A stretch of DNA of 64,000 bases. Source: Marsupella aquatica (lineage: Eukaryota > Plantae > Marchantiophyta). Below, in pieces: positions 48,057 to 60,800 of this stretch; within the stretch, counting starts at the first letter, position 1, and the number at the start of each line of letters is the position of its first letter. A model generated the notes under the pieces. It was given only the letters and a program-made list of their open reading frames with translations. It had not been told where the DNA came from and searched no databases. A program made the position numbers and the translations under genes. Location: contig OZ316897.1 in NCBI GenBank assembly GCA_973895155.1, forward strand, positions 18,758,457 to 18,822,456. Reading direction: 5' to 3'.

Positions 48057-51000
48057 CACAATTATCGGAGGTCAATCAGGAGGTTGCGATTGGTATGACC
48101 AAGCTCCTGGCCCTGGAAACGTTCGCTGATGAATTGCTCAAGCCCCAGTTTGTAATCAACCTCCGATAACGTGAATGGAACCTAGAGTATATTGGAACTC
48201 CCTTTAGTATCGCTAGATGAAAAAGACCATAATAGATTTTTTGTGTCCCGTTCTAGATTTACAGCACAATACTACCGTACCATTGAGACCTGTCAAAAGT
48301 GGCGGTGATGCTCTAAGGAATTGAGCGACCAGATGTTCGAGTCTGATAGTGTAAGTCCCTACCTTTCCTCTTTGAAGCTGTAGCTTCAATGACGGTGTTA
48401 AATCAATCTGGAAACCCCTTTACTCCCATTTCATGATCAAGGAGTGGTTACTAGCTTTGAATTTACTTAGCTTCTGTAGTTTGAGGACCCGAGTGAGTGT
48501 TCGAGTGCCTGGCACTAACTGCATACCTGCAATTGAGTGTATAAAGATGAACTGATTAATGAATCGTAAATAGTTACAAGTAAGGTAGGTATAAGGTGTT
48601 GATCAGACAAAATTGAGGATTATTATGATCATCATGAGCTCCACCCAAACCAACCACCATTGGTGATCTATCAAAGCTCCAGGCACCCATCTTCAACGCT
48701 CGATCCGGCGTACTGTGGTGCCGCTTTTTCAATTCTAGCCAATACCCAGAAAATTAACAAAAATACAAAAGCAATCGCCTGAACGAAAATTTTGGGAATT
48801 ACAGTAGGTTTTTTCAAATAGTTCAGTTGGGTCCAGTGTCTATTCCAGACACAAGTAAATTGCTGGGTCCTGGGTCCTTGTCTGAGCAGTAATTCTGGAA
48901 AATAATTTGTGCTTTACTCCTCACCCCTCCCTAATTCAGAGAGGCGCGTCTGGGACTGCCTCAAACAAAAAACCCTCCCTCACTGTGAGGCCTGCGGGAA
49001 GGCTCCTTCCCACGCCATTGAATTTCACACATCTTTTAGCACTAACCTTACTGGATCGAGGCTCAACGAAGAAGAACCTGACACTCAGTCTGCAAACCCT
49101 CTCACTAATATTCATGCTCAATTTTCGTTTTCTGCTGGAGTTCGAAGGACGAACTGGGTCCCACGAGGTGCATTCAATGCACTTCCAGGGATCCGAATAA
49201 AAAAATGTGATAATGTCAGCGCTCCCTCTCTTGTCGACATCATTCGAGGAAGCTGGCATCTACAGTTCCACTCTCGACCCCTCACCCGTAGATAGATAGT
49301 GTGAAACTGTCAATAATGTCTTGACAAGACAAACCGCAGGAATCGGTCGGCCGCTCAACCTTCGCTCTTCAGAAAGGCCCCATGTTTTGCGATAACGCCA
49401 GGCAGCGCTCCCTGTCTTGTTGACATTGATTGTGGTCGCTGAGATGTACAATTCCGACTTGTCTCACTGTAGATTGCTGTTTTTCCTTATTAGTCAGAGT
49501 GTCGAATATCAGGTGTGTGAAGGAGAAGACGATAGTCCTTTATCTTCAATTCTCAAATTATTTTCTGACCATTACATCTCTAGAGTTTTAAGTAGGGCCC
49601 TGATCCTCCTGGGAAAAGGGGCCTGTGACTAGGGTGGGAAAGTCGCCACTGAGACATAAAAAAAACTAGCAATTTTTTGCTAAATGTGGAGAAGATTTTT
49701 TGAAGAGGTGGAATCTAGCAAAAATTTGACACTGAGAAAAAAGACTGATATGATTTGACGAGACAAGCCCCGGCCCATGCCACTCATCAGTAGCCACTTG
49801 GCCATGAATCTTTGCAAGCCCCAAGTACATGTTAATTTTTATTCTGTACGAAGATATATGCTAGAAATATATTTGTTAATATATAATTTTCCAAAATTTA
49901 ATCTGATAATTAAGGTGTCACGAGAGTGCAAGCTAGCTAGCCAGGGAGCATTGACAATGGCCCTTGTAGCCAACCTAGAAAAATCAACAATCTCAAGCTT
50001 CTATCACAAAAATGGTATCAAACAGTGGTTTCAGGCAGTGTTCTCAGCCACTAGGATGCACCCAGATTCAGATTCTTTTGGGTTGCCAACAATCTCTGCT
50101 TGCAGTAGAAGGAAATGACTTTAATGCCACTACCTTATTTATACAAATATTTATCTTCACAAGAAACATGGTTTTGAGGCTCAATAAATTTTATCTTCTC
50201 TTTTCCTGCCAACCTTTGGAGTGAATAATGTAGGTATTGGTGCACTTGTAAAACAATCCATCAAACTAGAAATTGACCAAATTTAAAGCAAGGTAACAGG
50301 ACTCACTTTTGTTGCGCAAACCTTTCAGTCACATAAGCATTATATCTGATTTCACATTCACAGGCTCAATGGCAAGCTCAATGAAGGCTTCAATGAAAAT
50401 TGAATTCAGAAATGATAGACAAATTGAAATATATTTCCACTCCAAACCGTCTTGAACCTGAAGCTCATAGACCACCACAGTTAACAACTGAAGATGATTT
50501 GATGGATTGAACAAAATAGTTCAAATTACACCTTTAAACTCAGGTGGAAGACAGTGCTAATTTGGACTGAACCTTCAGCCATCTTTATTGTCAAATTTTT
50601 GAGGCCTTCTCTTTCACTATGATTTCTTGGTATCAGAAAAGAGCTTATGAAAAGGTCGTTATTATTATACTAGATAGCCCAATGCGCATGCACTGCACAG
50701 TATTTCTGAGAGGAAATTTTGTCAAGTTAAAACAATATATATGTCAAGTGAATTAAAGATCATAATTTGAAATTATTGAGAATTATTGAAATCGAGCATA
50801 AAGTTCTTAGACTAGAAATAATGTAGAGTACTGGAATTGTTGTCGAGCATAAATACTGTTAATTATTAAAGCAAAAGTGTTGTGAAAGTGAGAAGTAATG
50901 CAAACACATTCAATGATAAGCACATATGCAGTTCAGTTTTAAGTAACTCAGAACAATCATGCAATCTTTCTCATTTTAGGTATTCCAATGCTTCTTTATT

Positions 51001-52989
51001 TTTTAGCATAATATTGTTGAGGCAAAGTGTCATCAAGTGGGAGTGTTGTCCAATATATAGGACCAAGGGTGCTTCACATTCTGAAAAAATTGTCCATCAA
51101 AACAAAATGATATTATTTTTACAGATGAAAAACTCCATTTCACAAAAGACCAATTTGGGCGATAAAGGTTGGGCAGAAAAAGAATTAATACCCTTCCTGT
51201 TCTCACCCTAATAGGTGTCTTCCACATAGATTGCTCCTTCTTCGTTCCGACCCATCCCATTTTCTTTCACTCTAGATTGTTTCCTCTTTGGGAGATTGTA
51301 AAGTTGTGGGGGAGCTTTTCATTTCTATGGTAAACACTTAAAAAAACCAAGTTGTCCACCCAATCATTTATTCCCTCACCCCATCCATTTGGTACCCTAC
51401 ACCCTCGCCTACACCCAAAGCCCTCCTCCCTGGGCACACATTTTGTTTTCCCCCTTTTTTTCTCACCACTCATATTAATTTCTCAGCCATAGGGGCCTCA
51501 CTCTAAGGAAGGGAGGGGTGTGGACGGATTTGGCATATCACATACAACCCTTTTCAGTAATGAACGACGTCCCTACAAAATAAGCAAAAATAGCATTTGA
51601 TCATTTTTAACCCTCTTTTTTGGAATATTTCAAACCCGCAAGAGTATTCCAAATTTTGGTTTACAAAACCTTCTGTAAAACACTATCATTTGTTTACTGT
51701 AATGCTCAAAACTCAAGAACACTTTTAATGTTCTTTCACAAAAATTTATAAAAATACAAACTATGATTCCCGTTTTATGGGCTTTGATAGTTTCCCCTTA
51801 AAGAATAAGAAATCTTCTAGGTAAGCTAGTTATTCACTCTTGATATACCAGAAAAAATAAGTGAGGACTTCAGGTGTTAAACCCCAAAACACCAACAAAC
51901 TCTATGGCCTCACCCCCCATTTTGTTTCTTCATCTATCGGCCAAAGATTTCTTTGTCTCTTTTTAATTGCAAAGTGAGAAAAATTCCGTTCATCAACTTT
52001 GATTTTTCTCCCATTTTCTGGTACATCCAGACCCACCCAAACACTCCTCCCATGTCAAATGTCTGCCCAAGCTCCCCCAAGGCCACCCCACGCCTGCCCA
52101 AAATCAATTTAAGATCTCAATTAAATATATTGAATGAATTTATTTAATTTATTTATATATATATAGATATATATACTTCAAGAAATATTTATAATTCATT
52201 CTAAATTTAATATATCTAAATAATATAAATACTTAATATTCATGAAAATAACTTAAAACAAATCAGAACAGAACAAAGAGAACACAACCAATTTCAGATT
52301 GAAGGAAATATATTGCACGGTCAATTTGATCAATATTGCACGTCCATTCCCTGGACTCCTCAAAGCGTTGGCCGCTATCACCCATTGCACATCCCGTTGC
52401 TCTAACCTTCACCCTCCCCAACAACAATTCTTTGACAACAACTACCCAGCCAATATGACAAGATTTCTATACCTTCAAACAACAATACACACTCTCGTGG
52501 TTTTTAACCATGGTGTCTTACAAAATTTGGGACAAAATCTTGGGGGTCTAAATATATGGAGGACGTACCCCATCCTCCCCCACCCAATTACCTACGCTGT
52601 TTTTATATCTGGATCTCCATACTTAATTATTAAGTTAAAAAAAATTCCCTCCCCCTTTTAAAAAATTTTTGATTTAAAGAGAAACCTGTGAAACCACACA
52701 TAGAGGGAAGACTAGGTCACAATAGTTGAACCAATACCTATAGGTCTTTCCTCAAATGAGCTAACACAAAGTATTGCATATTAACTTCTATAATAAACAG
52801 TTGCGCCTTTTTATAGCATGCTCTTCATTTGAATTTGAAGATCACAAAAATTAAAGAATCTGACCAAGAGAAGGAATAAACCAAAATTATATTATATTTG
52901 TTGTGAAATAAAGAGTGACACGTTTTCCAAGCAATAAATAATGGGGAATGGCAGGAATGACGACGCACAATAATGAGTATATTATGGAA

Positions 52990-54480
52990 CATCTATATAT
53001 AGTACTTTATGTACCATCTACTTATAGTACTTACCCTATGATAATCTATGTCATAAGATTGATTACAAATATTACATGCTGTAATAAAAAATATCAAAAC
53101 CAAAAAATAGTACAAAAGGGGTAAAAGAGGGGGGGGGGGATAAAAAATGAAAAATACAAAGACAAAAATGTTTTTTAGCTGATGATACTTTGTGGTTGTT
53201 GTCACTCATTTTTTGCCCCATGACACCTTTTACTAGATAACAATATTTGGTTAATTATATCTTTATTACTTAGACATGTTTTGGACAATGATATTTTTTA
53301 CTTAATGACATCTTTTGAGAGAGAAGTTTATTGGCATTTTTTGCACATCTTTTCCTTAAATATATTTAATGCAACTACATGTTTTACTTCACAACATCTA
53401 TGATTGATGACATTTTTTTACTTGTTGACAGCTTTGGAGTCATGACATTTTTTTACTTGACGACATCTTTTACTTGATGACATATGTTTTACTTCACAAC
53501 AACTCAAATGGCAACATGATTTCTTTTTACTTGATGATATCTTTGACATAACAACATCTTTGGTGCCCCGACATCTTTTTACTTGGCAATATCTTTCACA
53601 TAATGACATCTTTTTACTCGACAATATTTTTCCATGACATCTTTGGAGACATGACTCCTTTTTTTTTGAACAACATCTTTTTACTCCACGGCTTTTTTTA
53701 ATGCCATCTTTTTACTTTGCGTCATCTTTGGAGACACAAAATCTTTTTACTTCATGACATCTTTGGCAACTCAATTTTTTTTAACGACATCTTTTGTGCA
53801 ACGTACGGGTTTCTTCACAACATCTTGGGCAACACAACATTTTTGCTTAAAAACACCTTGGGCGACACAATTTTTTTCTCAATGATGTCTTGGGCAACAT
53901 GATATTTTTTTTTCAACGACATATTGGCCGACACAATATCTTTTTCCTCAAAGACATCTTGGCCGACACGACATCCTTTTCTCAATGACTTCCTGGCAGA
54001 CATGACATTTTTTTCTCAGCGACATCTTGGCCAACCTTGGGGGTCTCACCATATGGGGACCTCCCCATCACCTGCGACGTATTTAGGCCTTGGACCCCCT
54101 AAAATGTAAGAAAAAAAGTATTTTTTAACCCCTATAAAGTTGGAATATTCTTGGAATATTCTAAAAATTATATTAAAAAGACCCTAATGTTCTTATAAGT
54201 CTCAAAATTTAATTGAAAAGACCCTATTGTTCTTCTACAAAAATTCTTAAGTCTTCCCTTAGAACCAATAAAATGACCCTATCTTTCGTCGCACATGATA
54301 TGCCATTTTTGTGGAAATGAAATCCCCGAGTGGCCGACACAACATCTTTTTTCTCAACGACTTCTTGGCCGACACAACATCTTCTTTCTCAACGACCTCT
54401 TGGCCGACACAACATCTTTTTTCTCAACCAAATCTTGGCCGACACGACATCTTCTATGCAACGCACGGGTATTGAGCTAG
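52990..54480 (+). mobile_element. Non-autonomous Helitron-like element, family A, with nested family C repeat
   Basis: Ends tgcaacgcacgggtattgagctag|t at 54480; gacatcttttt minisatellite body; reverse complement of 24174-25130; family C block at ~54040-54330. Confidence 0.75.
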
Positions 54481-56329
54481 TATCAGTATAAAAATATTAA
54501 GGACAAAATTGGAAGACTATGGTGCCAACAAAACATTGGGAAACACAATGGGGATGGGTGAGGCACGTGGATGGGAAACAAGAAGGGGGAGGCTCAATCC
54601 TAGCACCTTCTTTTTCTCCTGCGGCTAGATAAGAAAAATCAAACTATCTCTTCCTTGCAACAACTTCTCTGCCTGACTTATTAAGGACATATTTTCCCCA
54701 ATAAAATATTTTTCACCTTTGCACAAAGATTTCTTTCACAGATTTCAGACATATTTTGTGCATCGCACAAGTATTGAGCTAAATTTAATTGTTTCCAAAA
54801 ATGCATATAATTTTAGACATAATTAATAGACTAATTTTTTGACACATCAGTGTATACTACTTTTCTTATGAGTTTTATGCTTATTAAAGTTTTTGCAAAT
54901 ATCACTTGAATATACATATTTTATACACATAATTGTAATTATTACAAATTTATGTAGCTTGGTTAATAGGGGTATGCTGACCCCCAAGTTCTCCTATTAA
55001 AGGTGGACTTACTATGTAGCCACCAGATCATCTTCCGTCTTTCCATGTTTGAGCACTCCATCGAGAGAGCGTAGTTCATATAACCCCTCCATCAGGTCAA
55101 CCATCTAATTGTAATGCCTCAATCCAAAAGCCTTCCAATTATGTCCATAGGGGTATTCTTGGGCTGTGAGTTACCATTTCTGGTAAGAATTTTTGGCTGA
55201 ACATATGTTACGTGATGGGAGACCAAAAAAGTCTCCAAAAAAGTCTCCCAAGATACTTTTGTTTGCAATACATAGGAATGAAATACAATGTACTACAATA
55301 CTGGACTTCTATACATTTTCACATTTCCTAAAAAAACCAAAGCAAAATCCAATGTATTCTATACATTATTTGTATTGAGGCCAGATCATGATGGGAGTGG
55401 AAAAAGATGAAGGGAACATTTAATGATTTGTCTTTTGTGTTTACTTCATTCTTTTGTTGTTATTAACTTTGTTTGTCTTAAGCTAAGGGTATATTTAATA
55501 CTTGCTCTTTTAAGTTTAGCCAAATGTGACCAAATCCCCCCTTTGGTCAGGGGCCTGGTTATGTATTTATTCAAAAGTATGGATGGCAAGATAAATGTAT
55601 CTCATGTTGATATTGCAAAATAGATCTTCTTCATATGGATGTTTGCAGTTTTGAAATTTAAACGATAAATTTATCTGATGTTGGTATTGCCAACAAGTAT
55701 TTGTGCCAAATGGATTTTTGCAATAATTTTATTGGACTGCACATTGCGGTTGCGACAACGGCGTGTTGACTATGCATGTGTGTGTGGTTACTATGGTCTA
55801 TTGTGGAAATAACTGTGAGATAAGTTTGACAAACCGTGTGGTAATTTCTTAACAATTGTGATGTAAAATAGTTATTGTACATAACCAAAAACTGGGAAAA
55901 ATTCGGTCGGAACTTTCATGGTTGAAATCCCGAGTCCAATACGAGTATCGGACTTTGCGCAAAAAATGGATATGGATTTCTAGATAAGACCATTCATATA
56001 TCTTTGGAAATTGTGAATCTAAGGTTTTGGCGAACATTTTTCAGATCTAATTTTTCCATGATAGATTTAATGTTTGTGACCATTAATTTTAGTGGTTTTG
56101 ACCATTCCCAAATTTCCTAATTCAATCCAAACTTCGATACAAATTACATTATTTTCCCAAAAATTGGTTGTTCATTAAGAAAATGTCAACTTCGCAAGAT
56201 TTGACGGAAAATGAAAACACACTTCTCATTTGCGGAAATAATTCTTGTTCGATCGGAAATTGTGTTATCACTGTCCGGTGTCTTTCTCGTGTATAATTGA
56301 ATCACTAACAAATGTCAACAACCAAGTAG

Positions 56330-56925
56330 AAAGATACAACTATTTCAAGGCAGACACCTGGGTCATAAGGAATAAAGAGAATCTGATAAAATAAGAACGA
56401 GCATGGCTTGCTATCCCTTCTGATACAATAGATAAGAAGTTGGCATTCTTTCTAGTGTGCAAGAGGCTTCGACAGGAGTACAAATGTATACAAAACACAA
56501 AGAGTAGAAAGAACTAAATTATACCAAATCTCAAAGAGCTCTAGTTAATTCCTTGCATTCCCTTGCTGATTCTTCTTGCTTAGGTCACAACCTGGAAGCT
56601 CTACGTGAAGCTGAGACAAGCCTTCAAGATTATGAGTTCTTGGATGCAATTGATTTACGTAAGAAGTCAAGGATTTGATGGGTAGGAGTTGGGGACACAC
56701 CCACCAAATTTTTCTTTAACATTGTGCGGATTCATCAACAACGTGCTTCTATTCCAACCCTTAGGTTATCTGACAGATCACAGGGAGATTCTCATGGAGG
56801 TAGGTAACTTCTATCGCACATTATACTAACCCGATGCCCCGGAAACCAAGTAGAATAAGGAAGCAAGGCAGAAAATCCTCAAGTACTCCTACCCACATCT
56901 TTCCGCTGAAGAATCAGATCTTTCA
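56330..56925 (+). mobile_element. LINE (L1-like) ORF2 fragment between endonuclease and RT
   Basis: KSRI*WVGVGDTPTKFFFNIVR at ~56664-56730, the conserved W...GD..TKFF motif. Confidence 0.65.
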
Positions 56926-56926
56926 A

Positions 56927-57421
56927 TGAAATCTCAATAGAATCCAAACAATGATCAACGCCAAAAATACGCACTCAATCCGGTCTGATCCGATCACACA
57001 CATATGTCGAGCCAACGCACCTTGCACTCAAGGAATCCACGCTACATAGAGAGAGATCTCAGCCACCATAGGCACCACACAAGCTCCCCTCTCCAAGGCT
57101 CAACATTGAAAGATAACCTTTCAATGCCTCACAAGAGAGAACTACCCTCTCACACAAACCTAACGGAACCTTATCGGCTCATATAGCACACATACCAAAC
57201 ATACGGATCTAGATAGTATAATACACTCTAACACTACCTAGGATGGTGTGATAGCTGTCGTGCGCATACACATCGCTACACAACATACATCACTTGTCAC
57301 ATACATCGCTTATCACTTAAATCCAGACAAAGTCACACTGCCACATCACAAACACAAGAGAATGGAATTATACAAGTGGAACTCATGTCCACACATGTCC
57401 AAAACCCACAATCGCCCCCCT
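56927..57421 (-). mobile_element. LTR with adjacent polypurine tract
   Basis: Minus strand aggggggcgat (PPT) directly followed by TGTGGG at 57410; internal TATA-like ctatatgag; interrupts the LINE fragment; left boundary approximate. Confidence 0.55.
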
Positions 57422-57899
57422 AGCTGGGAGTAAGGTCCCCTAACTCTAGCTAGCCATGAGTTCTACAAGGTTGATATACACCTTGTTAGGTGTGAAGATC
57501 AACAGGTCGGGTGCAAGTGAGCCCCATCGATCACCTACCTACAATCCATATCTTCCAAGATCACTCTATTCATTAAAAGTGTATTTTACTTTGTTCACTT
57601 TTAGGCCTCTAAATGTTCACTTTTTGGTTTCTAAATGTACACTTTTTAAACCCAAAAAGTACATTGTAGTCCAATACTCTACACCTAAATGGTGAATTAT
57701 AAACTTGAGGACACATCCTAGTTCATTTACAAAGGATGAACATGGTGGTATATTTGATGGCCATCACCTTTATTTCTTGCCCAATTGTACACTTTTTGAA
57801 AGCCAAATGTACACTTTCTATTACCCAAATGTTCATATTTTGAATAATAATTCACTTTTAATGAGTAGATTGAAGAGAACACAACTGATAACTAGTCGG

Positions 57900-60800
57900 A
57901 TATACCGACACTGAGGATACAACCATGATCCACTAGGAATCACCTGCAATGGTGGTGTCAAACACGACATGTGTCATCCTCTAGAACATTGATCATAAAT
58001 AAACATAGTAGCTGCTCCCTGAGCAAATCCACACAACATACATTTCAAGCCAGCACGAACATGTGTCAAGCTTGGATCTACTGTACCATCAATGTTGGGA
58101 AGGTGACATGGTGCACAATTGCGCACATGATCCTTCCAAACCATACCATCGCGTCCCTCCAACATCAAGACACCAAAAGGCAACACTTCACCTATGGTCA
58201 CATCAAGTGTTGTGGATGTTGTCTGCTGCAAGTAAACATAATCTCCAGGATGAAATCGCCAAATGCTGGCACGATAACCTCCTCCACAAATAGTGGCATA
58301 CCTCAAAGTATCACGATGTTGGGCAATGGCAAGGTTGTCAAAAGCCATAGGCATCACTCTCTGAAATACCTGTGCTCTCTCTGAACACACCTTGATCCAA
58401 ACATCAGGATCATCCAAGTTCACAACTAATGCAGTATCACGACAAATAGCTGCTGGCAAATCTGGCTCTCTACCATAGAGCAAAAAGTAAGGTGAGAAGG
58501 ATGCAAGTGATGTTCGGTACCCCATAGCTAACCAAGGTAGCTGGAGATCCCAATCTCCCAAATGACCAACCTGCAAGCCATACTTACGCAATCCTCTCTT
58601 CATAGTCTACACAACTCTCTCAACTAATCCATCTACCTTAGGATGATCACGAGAGGTAGTACAATGATCAATCAAACCTTGCTTACATAAATTCTCAAAC
58701 TCTCCATGGAACTCAGTTCCCTGATCAGTCAACACCTCAGCTGGTGCTCCAAAATGATTGAGTACATGATCCAAAAATGTAGCAGCAACTCCTCCACTGG
58801 CTTTATCTGGCAGCGCCACTAGCTCAATCCACTTGGAGAAGTGCTCCACCATGACCAAAACATACCGATTATGACGTTGGGTAAGAGGCAATGGACCAGC
58901 AAAATCCAAACTCCAACGATATCCCAAATCCATGATTGGCAACGGGTGCAACTGGGGAGTGGGAGCATTAAATGATGCTCTCACTCTATCACATACCACA
59001 CACTTAGCTATCAATTGCTGGACATGAGTGTGCATACCACGCCACCAATATTGTGTCTGCAGCAAGCTGTAAGTGCACTTCACACCAAAGTGACCCAACT
59101 CCTCGTGCGCATGTTGCACCAAATGTACTCGTTGTGATGGTTTTGGTATCACCAACACCCTACCATCATGCGGTACTCTCAGAAGATGGTTTCCCTCCCA
59201 TCAAAACCTCTTAGCTCTCTGTAGAACCCTGTCACGTTCCTTGGCATCAACACTGCCAACAATAGAACTATTGCGCAGATATTCCAACACTCTCACATTA
59301 TTATGAATATCTTGTTGTCCAGAAGTTACCTCACCAACATTCACACCTGAAGACTCATCATCCATTTCATCCAATGAGGTAAAGTCCATAGATCCACTGT
59401 ATGCAGGCACCCAACAAAGAAAGGCAGATGCATGCCATCCTGGCACTATCTCCTTATCTGACTCATCATGCCATCTAGCTCCAGTCTCATCCTGTTGACT
59501 GGTACATGGGTTGCGGCTCAACCCATCTGCATCCAAGTTCACCTTTCCAAGTCTATGTACAACCTGAAAATCATACTCCTGCAACAACAATGCCCATCGT
59601 GCAAGCTTCCCAGTAAGCTTGTTAGACTCCATTAACCACTTGAGAGGCTGATGATCAGTGATCAAAGTGAAAGGATTACCAAACAAGTAACAGCGAAAGT
59701 GTGCCATAGCCCACACTGCTGCCAAACACTCTCTCTCATAAGAGCTATACTTAGCCTCTGCTAAATTGTTTGATCTACTGGCATATGCCACAATAAACTC
59801 ATGCCCTTCATCATCTTTCTGAGTCAACACTACTCCAAGTCCTACTCCACTCCAAACAGTGTGTAGCTAAAATGGTCTACCTGAAATGGGTCTTCTCAAA
59901 ATAGGGGATGATGCCAACCTCTGCTTCAACTCCTAAAAGGCATGCTCCTGGTCATCACCCCAAGTCCATTCCTGATCCAACTTAGTGAGTATGGTTAAAG
60001 GTTTAGCAAGCTGGCTAAATCCTTTAACATACCTCCTATAGTAGCTCGCCAATCCCAAGAATGCATGAACTCTGCTCACATTAGTAGGACGAGGAATCTG
60101 TGTAATGTCCTCCACTTTAGTCTGCTGTACACCCAATTCAATCCCCCTGGGTATATAGTGTGGCCCAAATACTCAATCTGGTCTTGGAAGAACTTACACT
60201 TGCCAGGATGGAGCTCTCAATCTCTCCAACACAAGTGTCCTCACAGAGTATATATAGCTGCCAATCTGAACACTTTTGCAGGACCAACTCCCAAGTTCAA
60301 CATGTCTGTCACTAAAAATAATGGGGTGCGCACTATGGTAGTAGCCGCCCCCAACAGGATACCTATCATCCCTGCTGCATCACTACCTAATTCTGCCAAC
60401 TTACCCACACCAGGGTTTGTCCAAATCGGGTTCATAGAGGCAATCTGAACTGTCTCTGACAATGTAAAAGACTAAGGAAGCTTTATTTGTCGATGTGCAT
60501 CCCCCCTCTATGGATCTAGCTCCACTACTGCTCCTTTGGCTCAAGAGCTTTGGCTGCTCCACGTGTCAAAGCTACTGATGCATCAATATGTGCAGTGCCA
60601 CACATGAATCCCATGGTGGCAAGGTCTCCATTAGCTCCATAAGATATGGAAGGACCATGGGATGTGGAAGGTCCATAGGATGTAGATGCCCCATCACCAG
60701 AAGTAGGTCTCACCTGGGAACTAGCCATGGCCTCATTCACAATTGGGTGTACCTTGCAGGAACCACTTTCAGGACTGAAAAACATGCTTTTTTAGTGAAA

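Noticed and set aside
48907-49451. Overlapping ORFs of roughly 60-130 aa
   Set aside because: No motif or splice structure; consistent with chance
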